The notes beneath the pieces are model-generated. The model had not been told where the DNA came from and ran no database searches. It worked only from the letters and a program-made list of their open reading frames with translations. The translations under genes and the position numbers were made by a program. Positions 1 to 8,147 of a stretch of 26,156 nt of DNA are shown here, piece by piece. How positions within the stretch are numbered: the first letter of the stretch is position 1; each line of letters opens with the position of its first letter. This DNA is from Patescibacteria group bacterium (GTDB taxonomy: Bacteria > Patescibacteriota > UBA1384 > CAILIB01): NCBI GenBank assembly GCA_018968785.1, contig JAGWZN010000001.1, positions 1-26,156 on the forward strand. Direction: 5' to 3'.

Positions 1-206
1 GCGAAACTGTCTTTCGTTTCGCTGGCTCTTCTTTTGTTAGCCAACCCGCCCCCCGTCTTCCGCCGCACCTGTCTGGCGGCTATTCGGGCGGCAGGGAGAG
101 GAGACCAGATGTGAAAAGTGTAGTGCGGTCAGTTTTTGCCACCACTACCATTTCGTGGCAGTTTCTGCTTATAGTAAGAGCTGTTAGTCATTTATCTTCA
201 TTATTT

Positions 207-1445
207 ATGAAAGAAAATTTCAGTTATAGTGCAGATCCAGACCAAAGCCCGCTACCGCTTCCGGTTCACCCTGTGAGCAAATTCAAAGCAATGCCCACGA
301 AACCTGATAACGACCAAGCGGTAGCAGCAGTACGCGCTCAAATAGCCTCAACCCCTGATTCACGGTGCACTTCTCCTTCTCGTATTCGCGCTCTTTCATC
401 CGCGACAGCCGCGTTAATTGCCGTTACTCCTTTGAGTCTACCCGGATGCCAAAACGTGGCACACCAGCCAACTGTTTCCCCCGCTAGTCATTTAAGCGAG
501 GTTCAAGTAGCCGCTAAACTACGCGGTCTAGGAGCCGGCGTATGGCTTCACCACCCTTCCCGCACTAAAGGTAAGAAGGCTATTACGGCGCTCGTTGAAA
601 AAGCGCGAAAACTCCGTCTCGGCCATGTTCTTTTAAAGGTAAACGACGGATCAAAACCGTATGAACCGATACCCCAGGCATTAACCTTGGCAGAAGCCTT
701 TCGCCGTGCGCGTATCCAGGTGCTGGCCTGGGGCTTTACCCACGCCAAACAGCCAAAAAAAGAAGCTGAGATCATTGAGCAATATCTGGATAATCCGGCA
801 ATTTCCGGATATGTTTTTGATACGGAAGACGGGGTTGAGGGACCCGAGGCTCCTCAACATTTAGAAGCGATGTTTACCGAAATTGAACAACATATGGAAC
901 ATTGTCCGCATTGCCAGCAAAAGCTTTTTGGATTTTCTCCGTACGCCCTTCCCTCCAAACATGGATCCCTCCCTTACAAAATATTGGCGCAAAATGCCCA
1001 TTTTATTTTGCCTCAAATGTACTGGGCAGATATGAGACATAAGCCCCACGACCCAAAATGGGTACGTCACTATGTCATACAAGTCTATCGTGAATGGCTT
1101 AAATGGCAAAAGGAAAATGGGGTTGCCAGACCTCTAATTCCTGTCGGCCAGGCATACGAAAATCGAAAAACCATCGGACCGTACCCGGGGGAGATTCGTG
1201 AGTTCGGCCGGGAGACAGGAGGGTATTTTAGTGTAAGTTTTTGGGACTGGGAACATATGCGGCCTTGGATGCAAAGGGAAATCGCAGAGGTTGCACAACA
1301 ACGCCACAGCGCACCTCCTCCCATCCCGCCTGAAAGAAAAAACCGTACCGAAACATATATCGCGGGTACCGGCATCGGACTTGCTACCATTGCAGTCGGA
1401 ATGCTGGCTTGGCTTAAACGCAGACAAAAACAAGCTGTGCCTTAG
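207..1445 (+). CDS. Putative membrane-anchored glycoside-hydrolase-like TIM-barrel protein
   Basis: The ORF track starts at GTG 111; ATG 207 or ATG 291 are more plausible starts. Central domain reads GAGVWL...GHVLLKVNDG...IQVLAWGF...SGYVFDTE...ILPQMYW...VSFWDW, a GH-superfamily (beta/alpha)8 pattern. There is an N-terminal hydrophobic stretch ending LSLPGC and a C-terminal TM helix followed by KRRQK. Confidence 0.6.
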   Translation: MKENFSYSADPDQSPLPLPVHPVSKFKAMPTKPDNDQAVAAVRAQIASTPDSRCTSPSRIRALSSATAALIAVTPLSLPGCQNVAHQPTVSPASHLSEVQVAAKLRGLGAGVWLHHPSRTKGKKAITALVEKARKLRLGHVLLKVNDGSKPYEPIPQALTLAEAFRRARIQVLAWGFTHAKQPKKEAEIIEQYLDNPAISGYVFDTEDGVEGPEAPQHLEAMFTEIEQHMEHCPHCQQKLFGFSPYALPSKHGSLPYKILAQNAHFILPQMYWADMRHKPHDPKWVRHYVIQVYREWLKWQKENGVARPLIPVGQAYENRKTIGPYPGEIREFGRETGGYFSVSFWDWEHMRPWMQREIAEVAQQRHSAPPPIPPERKNRTETYIAGTGIGLATIAVGMLAWLKRRQKQAVP

Positions 1446-2503
1446 TTTTCAATAACTTCTCGCATCTTTTCCTTAAATACCTCGACATCAAATTCCAGAG
1501 CTCTCTTTCGGATCGCCCCGCTATCCCAATCATCTGAAAAATCGGTAAGAACCGCAGTCAAACTTTCCACCGTCTGCTCGCCGAAAAACACCCCGGTTTT
1601 TCCGGCCACCACACTCTCCCTCACCCCACCCTTATCATAGGCGATTACCGGCCTGCCAGCCGCCATTGCCTCCACCGGCACAATACCGAAATCTTCTTCC
1701 GAAGCTTGGATAAACGCGCGCGCGTTTCCATATAGACCTTGCAGCGCTTTATCCGGTACCCGGCCCAGGAATTCGATATGCGGGTCATGGCCGGCCAGTT
1801 TGCGCAGCCGGCCTTCGTCCGGACCGCCGCCCGTCACCTTTAATGTAACTTTAGCTTTCTTGCACGCTTCAATGATAACATCCACTCTTTTATACCCCAC
1901 CAACCGGTTAACGCTCAAAAAATAATCGCGAGTCGGTTCCTGCAAAATCTGAAACCGATCCGTATGAATGGGCGGATACACGACGGTAGCCGGCATCCGA
2001 TAGATCTTAGCGATTCGATCGGCTACTGTCTGGGAATTGGCAATAAACCGGTCTACCCGGCTGGCGGAATCCACATCCCATAGGCGAAGGTAATGAGCCG
2101 CCGCCTGCCGTAGCCACCCGTTCTGCGTCCGATCGTCCCCTCCTAAATTCCAGATATACCGGATCGGCGTATGACAGTACGAGATGTGCCGCTGGCCCGG
2201 ATAGGTAATAACTCCTTTTGACAAGCCACCACCAACTGAGATGACGGTATCGTACTCTTTCAGATTAATCGATTCAAAAGCGGCCGGCATTAGTGGCAGG
2301 GCAATCTGTTGCCGTCGCAGCGGACCGGGCAGCCGTTGCAAATATGAAGTAATTACTGTCGCGTTCGCGAATTGCGGCAGGTTTTCCGGACGGTACATAC
2401 TGGTGTAAATCGGCGCCTCCGGATACATCTCGTGGAGCGCTAGCAGTGTCTGCTCGCCGCCGGCAAATGAGGTTAACCAATCCTGAATCAAGGCAATTTT
2501 CAT
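1442..2503 (-). CDS. Glycosyltransferase family 4 (GT-B fold)
   Basis: N-terminal MKIALIQDWLTSFAGGEQ, YCHTPIRY, VVYPP, and the C-terminal EDFGIVPVEAMAAGRPVI motif typical of GT4. The start overlaps the upstream stop (TAATG). Confidence 0.92.
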   Translation of the reverse strand: MKIALIQDWLTSFAGGEQTLLALHEMYPEAPIYTSMYRPENLPQFANATVITSYLQRLPGPLRRQQIALPLMPAAFESINLKEYDTVISVGGGLSKGVITYPGQRHISYCHTPIRYIWNLGGDDRTQNGWLRQAAAHYLRLWDVDSASRVDRFIANSQTVADRIAKIYRMPATVVYPPIHTDRFQILQEPTRDYFLSVNRLVGYKRVDVIIEACKKAKVTLKVTGGGPDEGRLRKLAGHDPHIEFLGRVPDKALQGLYGNARAFIQASEEDFGIVPVEAMAAGRPVIAYDKGGVRESVVAGKTGVFFGEQTVESLTAVLTDFSDDWDSGAIRKRALEFDVEVFKEKMREVIEN

Positions 2504-3963
2504 TAGTAGGCTCCTCTATCGCCCCGCCTAAAAAGGAGCAACCCGGTTTCCAGAAGGATGACAATATCGCGCCATAGGTTCCAATGCTCGATATACTGAG
2601 CGTTCATCTTGACCCGCTCCGTATACTCCAAATCATTGCCGCCGTGTACCTGCCACGGTCCGGTTATGCCCGGCTTTACGGTAAAGAGAATATTAGCTTT
2701 CTCTCCGAAATGCGTCACTTCTTCTTCCACAACCGGCCGGGGACCGACCAGGCTGAGCCGTCCAAACAGAACATTAAAAAACTGCGGCAGCTCATCAAGA
2801 TGGGTTCTCCGTAAGATCTTGCCGATACCGCTAACCCGCGGATCGTTTTTCAGTTTCTGTGTTTGCCGCCACTCCTTTTCCAAGTCGGGATGATCGGACA
2901 ACAGTTTACGGAAATAGTCGTCCCCGTTATGACCGACGCCGGTACAGTATTCCCATCTCATACTGCGAAATTTCCAGATTGTAACCGACTCCCGGTTTTT
3001 GCCGATCCGGCGGTGTTTATAGATTAACGGTCCGGGCGAAGTCAGCTTAATGAGCAATGTGATAAGCAGGAAAAACGGAGAGAAAAGGATAATAAAGAAG
3101 ATAGCTCCCACGATATCAAACGCCCGCTTCATAACCCGTCCCCACCCTTCCAGCGGCGTCGGCCGTACCTCGATCATCGGCAATCCGCGGATCGTCTGCA
3201 CATCGAACGTGCTTTCCAGCGCGGTTAATAACGCCGGCACAAAACTGAAGCTGATGTCCGACTCCAGGCAGAACTCGCGCAACCGGATCATCTCATCGTT
3301 ATTGTACTGATCACTCACCACAATCAATTCGTCCAGGTTCGCTTTGTGGATCGTGTCAATCGCGGTATCCACCGATGGATTTTCCATATGCAGCACTACC
3401 CGATAGGCGGTGTACGGATTGCCATCCAGCTGTTTCATAACATCTTTTGCCACTCTTCCGCTACCGATTACTCCCATCCGGACAATGCCCATTTCCCGCA
3501 AATAGAGCTGTTTTTGGAGCGCCCGCACCAGCAAACGGCCCAACAGTACCAGCACCGTTCCCAGTATCCAGCTTAACAGCACCACAGAGCGAGGCAGGAA
3601 AAAGTCTTTTTTCAGCAAGAATAAGATAAGAATAAAAAACTCCCCCATTGATACCCCGATAAAGATCTGGGCGATTCGCTTTGGCCAGGAAACGTTTGAA
3701 CGTATGGTGTACAGACCGGAAAACGCGAAGATCAGTAACATGGCCGGGATAATCACGCCCAGGTATCTTAAGTAATGGTCATAGGTTAATACCAACGCGC
3801 CGCTCGGATCGTACTTTAACCGGGCGGCGATGGAAGCGTTGGTGATGGAGGTAATGAGATCAGAGCTGCCGCGCAGATTATAAGAAAAAACAAAAGCGCC
3901 CAAAAGAGCGAGGCAGTCTACCGGAAGAAGAATAACCGAGAAAAACAGTTCGGAGCGTTTCAT
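2503..3963 (-). CDS. Priming sugar transferase (undecaprenyl-phosphate hexose-1-phosphate transferase, WbaP/WcaJ family)
   Basis: N-terminal TM helices and a C-terminal Bac_transf domain: KRAFDIVGA, IWKFRSM, DPRVSGIGKILRRTHLDELPQFFNV, SLVGPRP, KPGITGPWQV. ATG 3963 (MKRSELFF) is preferred over TTG 3981. Confidence 0.92.
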   Translation of the reverse strand: MKRSELFFSVILLPVDCLALLGAFVFSYNLRGSSDLITSITNASIAARLKYDPSGALVLTYDHYLRYLGVIIPAMLLIFAFSGLYTIRSNVSWPKRIAQIFIGVSMGEFFILILFLLKKDFFLPRSVVLLSWILGTVLVLLGRLLVRALQKQLYLREMGIVRMGVIGSGRVAKDVMKQLDGNPYTAYRVVLHMENPSVDTAIDTIHKANLDELIVVSDQYNNDEMIRLREFCLESDISFSFVPALLTALESTFDVQTIRGLPMIEVRPTPLEGWGRVMKRAFDIVGAIFFIILFSPFFLLITLLIKLTSPGPLIYKHRRIGKNRESVTIWKFRSMRWEYCTGVGHNGDDYFRKLLSDHPDLEKEWRQTQKLKNDPRVSGIGKILRRTHLDELPQFFNVLFGRLSLVGPRPVVEEEVTHFGEKANILFTVKPGITGPWQVHGGNDLEYTERVKMNAQYIEHWNLWRDIVILLETGLLLFRRGDRGAY

Positions 3964-3980
3964 TACTAAACAATATAGCA
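3964..3980 (-). promoter_or_regulatory. Extended -10 element (TGcTATATT) 8 nt upstream of ATG 3963
   Basis: Minus strand reads tgc-TATATT-gtttagta-ATG with no Shine-Dalgarno sequence. Confidence 0.4.
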
Positions 3981-3997
3981 AAAATAAGAGGGGAGAG

Positions 3998-4035
3998 AAA
4001 CAAAAAAAGGCGCCCGAGGGTGCCTTTTTTTGTTT
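3998..4035 (-). terminator. Intrinsic terminator, symmetric and potentially bidirectional
   Basis: aaacaaaaaaaggcgccc-ga-gggtgcctttttttgttt is an inverted repeat with one mismatch and A/T tracts on both sides, ending 10 nt downstream of the stop at 4045. Confidence 0.85.
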
Positions 4036-4044
4036 GAGTCGAGA

Positions 4045-4245
4045 CTATTTCTTCTTCAGGAGTGGGAGGCCGGTGCGAGGATTCTCGGAAACCACCCGGT
4101 CAGCTGGTACAGCATCCAAGGAGAATTTGGGATCCTCGGTGCGGGAGAAGTAGTAGATAACCTGCTTGCGGCCGCCCTTCAACGTTACTTCCTTCGAATG
4201 AAGGTAGTACGTCTGCCCCTTGGAATTCTTGTACGTATACGCCAC
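4045..4245 (-). CDS. Small basic hypothetical protein (66 aa, MAYTYKNSKGQTYYLHSKEV...GLPLLKKK)
   Basis: GTG start at 4245 preceded by GGAG; followed by a strong terminator; 13 K/R and 6 Y. The ORF track's longer 93-aa version runs through the promoter region and is less likely. Confidence 0.8.
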   Translation of the reverse strand: MAYTYKNSKGQTYYLHSKEVTLKGGRKQVIYYFSRTEDPKFSLDAVPADRVVSENPRTGLPLLKKK

Positions 4246-4297
4246 GATACTCCGTTTCTTCCACACACGGTGGAAATTACTTATGTTGTTGGCTTGA

Positions 4298-4326
4298 TTA
4301 TTACTAATGAGCTGCCTACCTGTCAA
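4298..4326 (-). promoter_or_regulatory. Putative sigma70 promoter for the 66-aa gene
   Basis: Minus strand TTGACA (4326-4321), a 17-nt spacer, then TAATAA(T). The -35 is perfect and the -10 is imperfect. Confidence 0.5.
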
Positions 4327-4353
4327 CAGAGTAGAACGGTTTCAACAGAGTAG
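4323..4353. repeat. Perfect 12-bp direct repeat TCAACAGAGTAG x2 (period 19 bp)
   Basis: Copies at 4323-4334 and 4342-4353 in the intergenic region; the first overlaps the TTGACA. Confidence 0.8.
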
Positions 4354-4378
4354 CACCCAACGTATTTGGCTCTAGTAG

Positions 4379-5350
4379 CTATTTACTCACAACATTTGTT
4401 GGCGTTTCGCCGGACAGAACTGCGTGGATATTCCGGGCCACGCTCTCCGCCATTCCCTGCCGGGTTAGCTCCGTCGCAGAGCCAATATGCGGTGTAACCA
4501 CCACATTTTCCAACTTAGCCAGCCCGGCCGCCAGTTCAGGCTCAAACTCGAACACGTCTAAGCCGGCCGCGTACAGCTCCTTATCGGCCAGGGCTTTTAC
4601 GAGCGCGTTTTCATTAATAATTGGCCCGCGGCCGGTATTAATCAGCACCGCTGTCGGTTTCATCAGGCGAAACTCCTCCTTGCCCAGCAGATGACGGGTC
4701 TCCCGGTTCAGTGGCAGATGGATCGATACCACATCCGACGTAACCAGCAGTTGTTCCAGAGAAACTTTGGTGGCGCCCAGATCCTTCTCAATCGCCTCAT
4801 TGCGACAGATATCGTAATACAGCACCCGCATCCTAAGGCCGTTATGGCAGATCCGGGCAAACTGCGAACCGATCTGGCCGCTGCCCAGTATTCCTACCGT
4901 TTTCCCCACCAAATCACGACCTAGGAACAGATTGGGATCCCAGTGCTTATACCGGCCGTGCCGCATAAACGTATCAGCCGGTAACAGATGCCGGGCTGTC
5001 GCGAACATCAGGGTAACCGCGTGTTCGGCTACTGCCGGCGCGGAGATAGCGCCGGGGGTATTGCACACAATAATTCCTCGCTGCTTCGCGGCTTCCAGAT
5101 CGATATTGTCAAAACCAACCGCGTACTGGGCGATAACTTTCAACTGCGAACCGGCGGCTTCCATCATTGTATCGTCAACCGCGTCGGTTAACAGGGTAAC
5201 TACCGCGTCCGCTCCTTTAACGAAAGTTCGGAGTTGAGTGGGAGTCATAATTGTGTCGGCGTGGACGGTGACAGCGTACCGCGACTGAAGCATCTTCAAG
5301 CCGGCTTCGTGGATTGGTCGGGTGACAACAACTTTCGGTTGGCTAGGCAT
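4379..5350 (-). CDS. D-isomer-specific 2-hydroxyacid dehydrogenase (glyoxylate/hydroxypyruvate reductase, D-glycerate dehydrogenase type)
   Basis: AVGFDNIDL, VGILGSGQIG Rossmann motif, LINTGRG, LDVFEFEP and TPHIGSAT catalytic Arg/Glu/His motifs. Confidence 0.92.
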   Translation of the reverse strand: MPSQPKVVVTRPIHEAGLKMLQSRYAVTVHADTIMTPTQLRTFVKGADAVVTLLTDAVDDTMMEAAGSQLKVIAQYAVGFDNIDLEAAKQRGIIVCNTPGAISAPAVAEHAVTLMFATARHLLPADTFMRHGRYKHWDPNLFLGRDLVGKTVGILGSGQIGSQFARICHNGLRMRVLYYDICRNEAIEKDLGATKVSLEQLLVTSDVVSIHLPLNRETRHLLGKEEFRLMKPTAVLINTGRGPIINENALVKALADKELYAAGLDVFEFEPELAAGLAKLENVVVTPHIGSATELTRQGMAESVARNIHAVLSGETPTNVVSK

Positions 5351-5359
5351 GGCGGTAAT

Positions 5360-6361
5360 TTATTTCTCAGGTTGACCGTGCGCGTTGAGCGGATAGGTTC
5401 GCAGATCGGGATTATCGGCTAGAATTTGATCCAACTGTTTCCGATACAACAGGCCGGCTTGCGGTCCAATCTGTTGGATCACCGAACTGGCCTCAGCCTG
5501 ACCCCAGCGCATCGCTTCGCTAATCGGCAGCCCGAGGGCGGAAGCAGCCGTAAATCCGGAAGCAAAGCTGTCGCCGGCACCGGTTGCCTCAATGCGGGGC
5601 GCTTCCTCAATAATCCCCAGGTACAGATACTCCCGGCCATCTGAAACATAGGCGCCTTTCGGCCCATCGGTAATAACGGCAATCTCCATTCCCAGCGCCA
5701 GTAAACCGTCCAGCAGTTCCCGGAAATTATCGGTTGGCTGTTTCCCCAGATACAACTCCGCCTCTTCCTTATTCACAAAGAAGATTTTTGTATGCTCCAA
5801 AAGATCGGCTACTCGTTCCGAACCATATTTTAGCTGGAACGTACCCGGCTGATAACACAGGTTTACCTTGTTTTCCTTCACATAATGCACCAAGTCGGGC
5901 AGGATATTCTCAAACCCTTCTCCCATTGATGAGAGATACACCCATTTCGCCGGCTGCATCTTCGGAAGTAGGTAGTGGCGGTGGATGTGATAAATCAAAA
6001 TAGTGCGCTCAGCGTTTAAATTGATTACTACGCTGTAGTTCGACTCTTTGTCATGATCGACGACAATATAATCATCCGCCACTCCGTTCTTCCGGTACTC
6101 TTTAATAATCCGCTGTCCCTGGTCATCGCCGCCGACATGCGTGTAGATCCCCGCCTTAAACCCAAGCCTGGCAAAGGCGACAGCGGAGTTCGAGGAGTTG
6201 CCGCCCACGATGTCGTGCTTGGATGTAACCGGTATCTTATCAGCGTAATTAAAACAGATCTGCTCGCATTCATGACGGATTTCATGCAAATGGGCGTTTT
6301 CCGGCGTCATCTCCAAAAACACGTCCTGCATCGTATCGCCGATAGATATCGTCTCGAACAT
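5360..6361 (-). CDS. PfkB/ribokinase-family carbohydrate kinase
   Basis: GGNSSNSAVAFARLG, NKEEA, ITDGPKGA and ATGAGDSFASGF (anion hole plus catalytic Asp); SD GGAG upstream. Confidence 0.9.
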   Translation of the reverse strand: MFETISIGDTMQDVFLEMTPENAHLHEIRHECEQICFNYADKIPVTSKHDIVGGNSSNSAVAFARLGFKAGIYTHVGGDDQGQRIIKEYRKNGVADDYIVVDHDKESNYSVVINLNAERTILIYHIHRHYLLPKMQPAKWVYLSSMGEGFENILPDLVHYVKENKVNLCYQPGTFQLKYGSERVADLLEHTKIFFVNKEEAELYLGKQPTDNFRELLDGLLALGMEIAVITDGPKGAYVSDGREYLYLGIIEEAPRIEATGAGDSFASGFTAASALGLPISEAMRWGQAEASSVIQQIGPQAGLLYRKQLDQILADNPDLRTYPLNAHGQPEK

Positions 6362-6370
6362 ACTTTCTCC

Positions 6371-7147
6371 TTACTTGCTTAAACGGATATACTGTTTGAC
6401 ACTTTCCCGAACCGCCAGAACCCCGGTCGTAAGATACGTTCCCGGCCGATGAAGCGACCGGTTTCGTAACGCCGTACGCACGCCGGCGGTAAATGCCTCA
6501 TCCAGGCTTACATCCAGATAGAAACCGGCCACGCCGGCTTTCAGCGCCGGTTTAATCCAGCGAGGCGCCGCTTCCAGATCGCTTGCTAACACCGGTATTC
6601 GAACCGCGGCCGCCAGATCGCGCAGAAAAACCGGCGATACGGATGACCGCTGGCCGTGTCGCATCAGAACTGGTACTGTAAGTGCCGCCACGCCGGTCTG
6701 CCGGACAAACGCCTCGGTTTTTGTCAGGGTAGTGACATCCGGCAAATTCCCAATCATTCCCGCTCTTTCCCGACCGGCTTCGGCAGCCGCCCAAGCCGTG
6801 AATCGGACAGTAGTTATTTTGGCATCTTCGGCATGAATTTCCAGAGAAAGAGAGTCGGCGCCCAGAGCAAGCGCCTGTTTAACCGCTGACTCTTGCATAG
6901 GAACCCGAAGCTGTAAAGATATCTCCGTTTCCAGATGAGCGGCCCGCTGCCGGACATAGCTAAAGAGAAAAGAGAGCGGAATAACGCCGGCCGGATCATC
7001 AGCTAGAACGAAAAGAATCGACTGCCGCTCCGCTTCCGCCGCTTGAAGTACCGCTTCCGCCACTTCAATATCCCGGACCACCGGCGCGATTACCGGCTGT
7101 TTCCGTCGTTTCGCCCGGGAAAGGAGCGTCGAAAGAGAGATAAGCAT
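6371..7147 (-). CDS. Degenerate class II fructose-bisphosphate aldolase-like protein (probable pseudoenzyme), 258 aa
   Basis: Collinear with class II FBA by eye: AVLQAAEAERQ, AFVRQTGVAALTV, RHG, AVRIPVL, AFTAGVR. The HLDH and LHG motifs are replaced by QLRV and LAS. ATG 7147 lies 4 nt after the tktC stop. Confidence 0.75.
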   Translation of the reverse strand: MLISLSTLLSRAKRRKQPVIAPVVRDIEVAEAVLQAAEAERQSILFVLADDPAGVIPLSFLFSYVRQRAAHLETEISLQLRVPMQESAVKQALALGADSLSLEIHAEDAKITTVRFTAWAAAEAGRERAGMIGNLPDVTTLTKTEAFVRQTGVAALTVPVLMRHGQRSSVSPVFLRDLAAAVRIPVLASDLEAAPRWIKPALKAGVAGFYLDVSLDEAFTAGVRTALRNRSLHRPGTYLTTGVLAVRESVKQYIRLSK

Positions 7148-7151
7148 ACGA

Positions 7152-8147
7152 TTAACCCTTCTTACTCTTCCGCTTAATAACAGCCATTGCCGCTTCCCCA
7201 ATGTCTTTCGCCCGCAGTCCGTAGGCGTCCATCAGCTCGGCCGGGGTGCCGGATTCACCAAAGATGTCACGCACGCCGACCCGTCGCAAAGGCACCGGAT
7301 ACTTTTCACCAATTAACTCAGCCAAGGCGCCGCCTAGGCCGCCGTTTATCTGCGCTTCTTCAGCGGTAACTAAGGCGCCGGTTTTCTTTACGGAGGCAAT
7401 AATCGTCTCTTCATCCAGCGGCTTCACCGTCGGCACCGCCAACACCTCAACTGATATTTTCTTTCGGGCCAGCGCGGCTGCCGCCTGTAGCGCCTCGTAC
7501 ACCAGCGGGCCGTTAGCGCAGACTGTGACGTCGGTTCCACTCCGCAACAGATTGGCTTTACCGATTGTAAACGGAGTTTCCGGCACGGTAACGGTGGGAA
7601 CTTTATCTCGACCGAAACGGATATAGACCGGGCCGTGATGCGCGATTGCCGCCTCCACCACCTTGCGCGTTTCGACGATATCGGTCGGAACAATCACTAC
7701 CAAATTGGGAATCACCCGGGTAATGGCGACATCCTCCAGCGCCTGATGGGTTGCGCCATCCGGACCAACCGAAATACCGGCATGGGCGCCGATAATCTTC
7801 ACGTTGGCTTCCGAGTACGCTACCGATACTCGCAGTTGATCCCAGTTCCGGCCGGGATTAAATACGGCGTAGCTGGCGACAAACGGGATTTTTCCCGAAA
7901 GCGCCAGGCCGGCGGCAATGCCCATCATATTCTGCTCTGCGACCCCGGTTTGCACGAACCGATCCGGAAAAGCCTCGGCAAATGCCGATATTTTAATTGA
8001 ATCGGTCAGATCGGCGCATAAGGCCATAACCTTCTTATTTTTCCGTCCGGCTTCCAGCAACGCTTCGCCGAAGCCGACCCGGGACATGGCCATCTCCGCC
8101 TTGTCCAAGTCACTGATGATAGGTACGGTTTTGTCTATTTTGCTCAT
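7152..8147 (-). CDS. tktC: Transketolase, C-terminal (pyrimidine-binding plus C-terminal) subunit
   Basis: TGVAEQNMMGIAAGLA, GPDGATHQALED, GPVYIRFGR, GGLGGALAE. ATG 8147 overlaps the tktN stop (ATGA). Confidence 0.93.
   Translation of the reverse strand: MSKIDKTVPIISDLDKAEMAMSRVGFGEALLEAGRKNKKVMALCADLTDSIKISAFAEAFPDRFVQTGVAEQNMMGIAAGLALSGKIPFVASYAVFNPGRNWDQLRVSVAYSEANVKIIGAHAGISVGPDGATHQALEDVAITRVIPNLVVIVPTDIVETRKVVEAAIAHHGPVYIRFGRDKVPTVTVPETPFTIGKANLLRSGTDVTVCANGPLVYEALQAAAALARKKISVEVLAVPTVKPLDEETIIASVKKTGALVTAEEAQINGGLGGALAELIGEKYPVPLRRVGVRDIFGESGTPAELMDAYGLRAKDIGEAAMAVIKRKSKKG

Noticed and set aside
111-206. N-terminal extension of the first ORF from GTG 111
   Set aside because: AT-rich, promoter-like sequence; downstream ATGs at 207 and 291 are more plausible.
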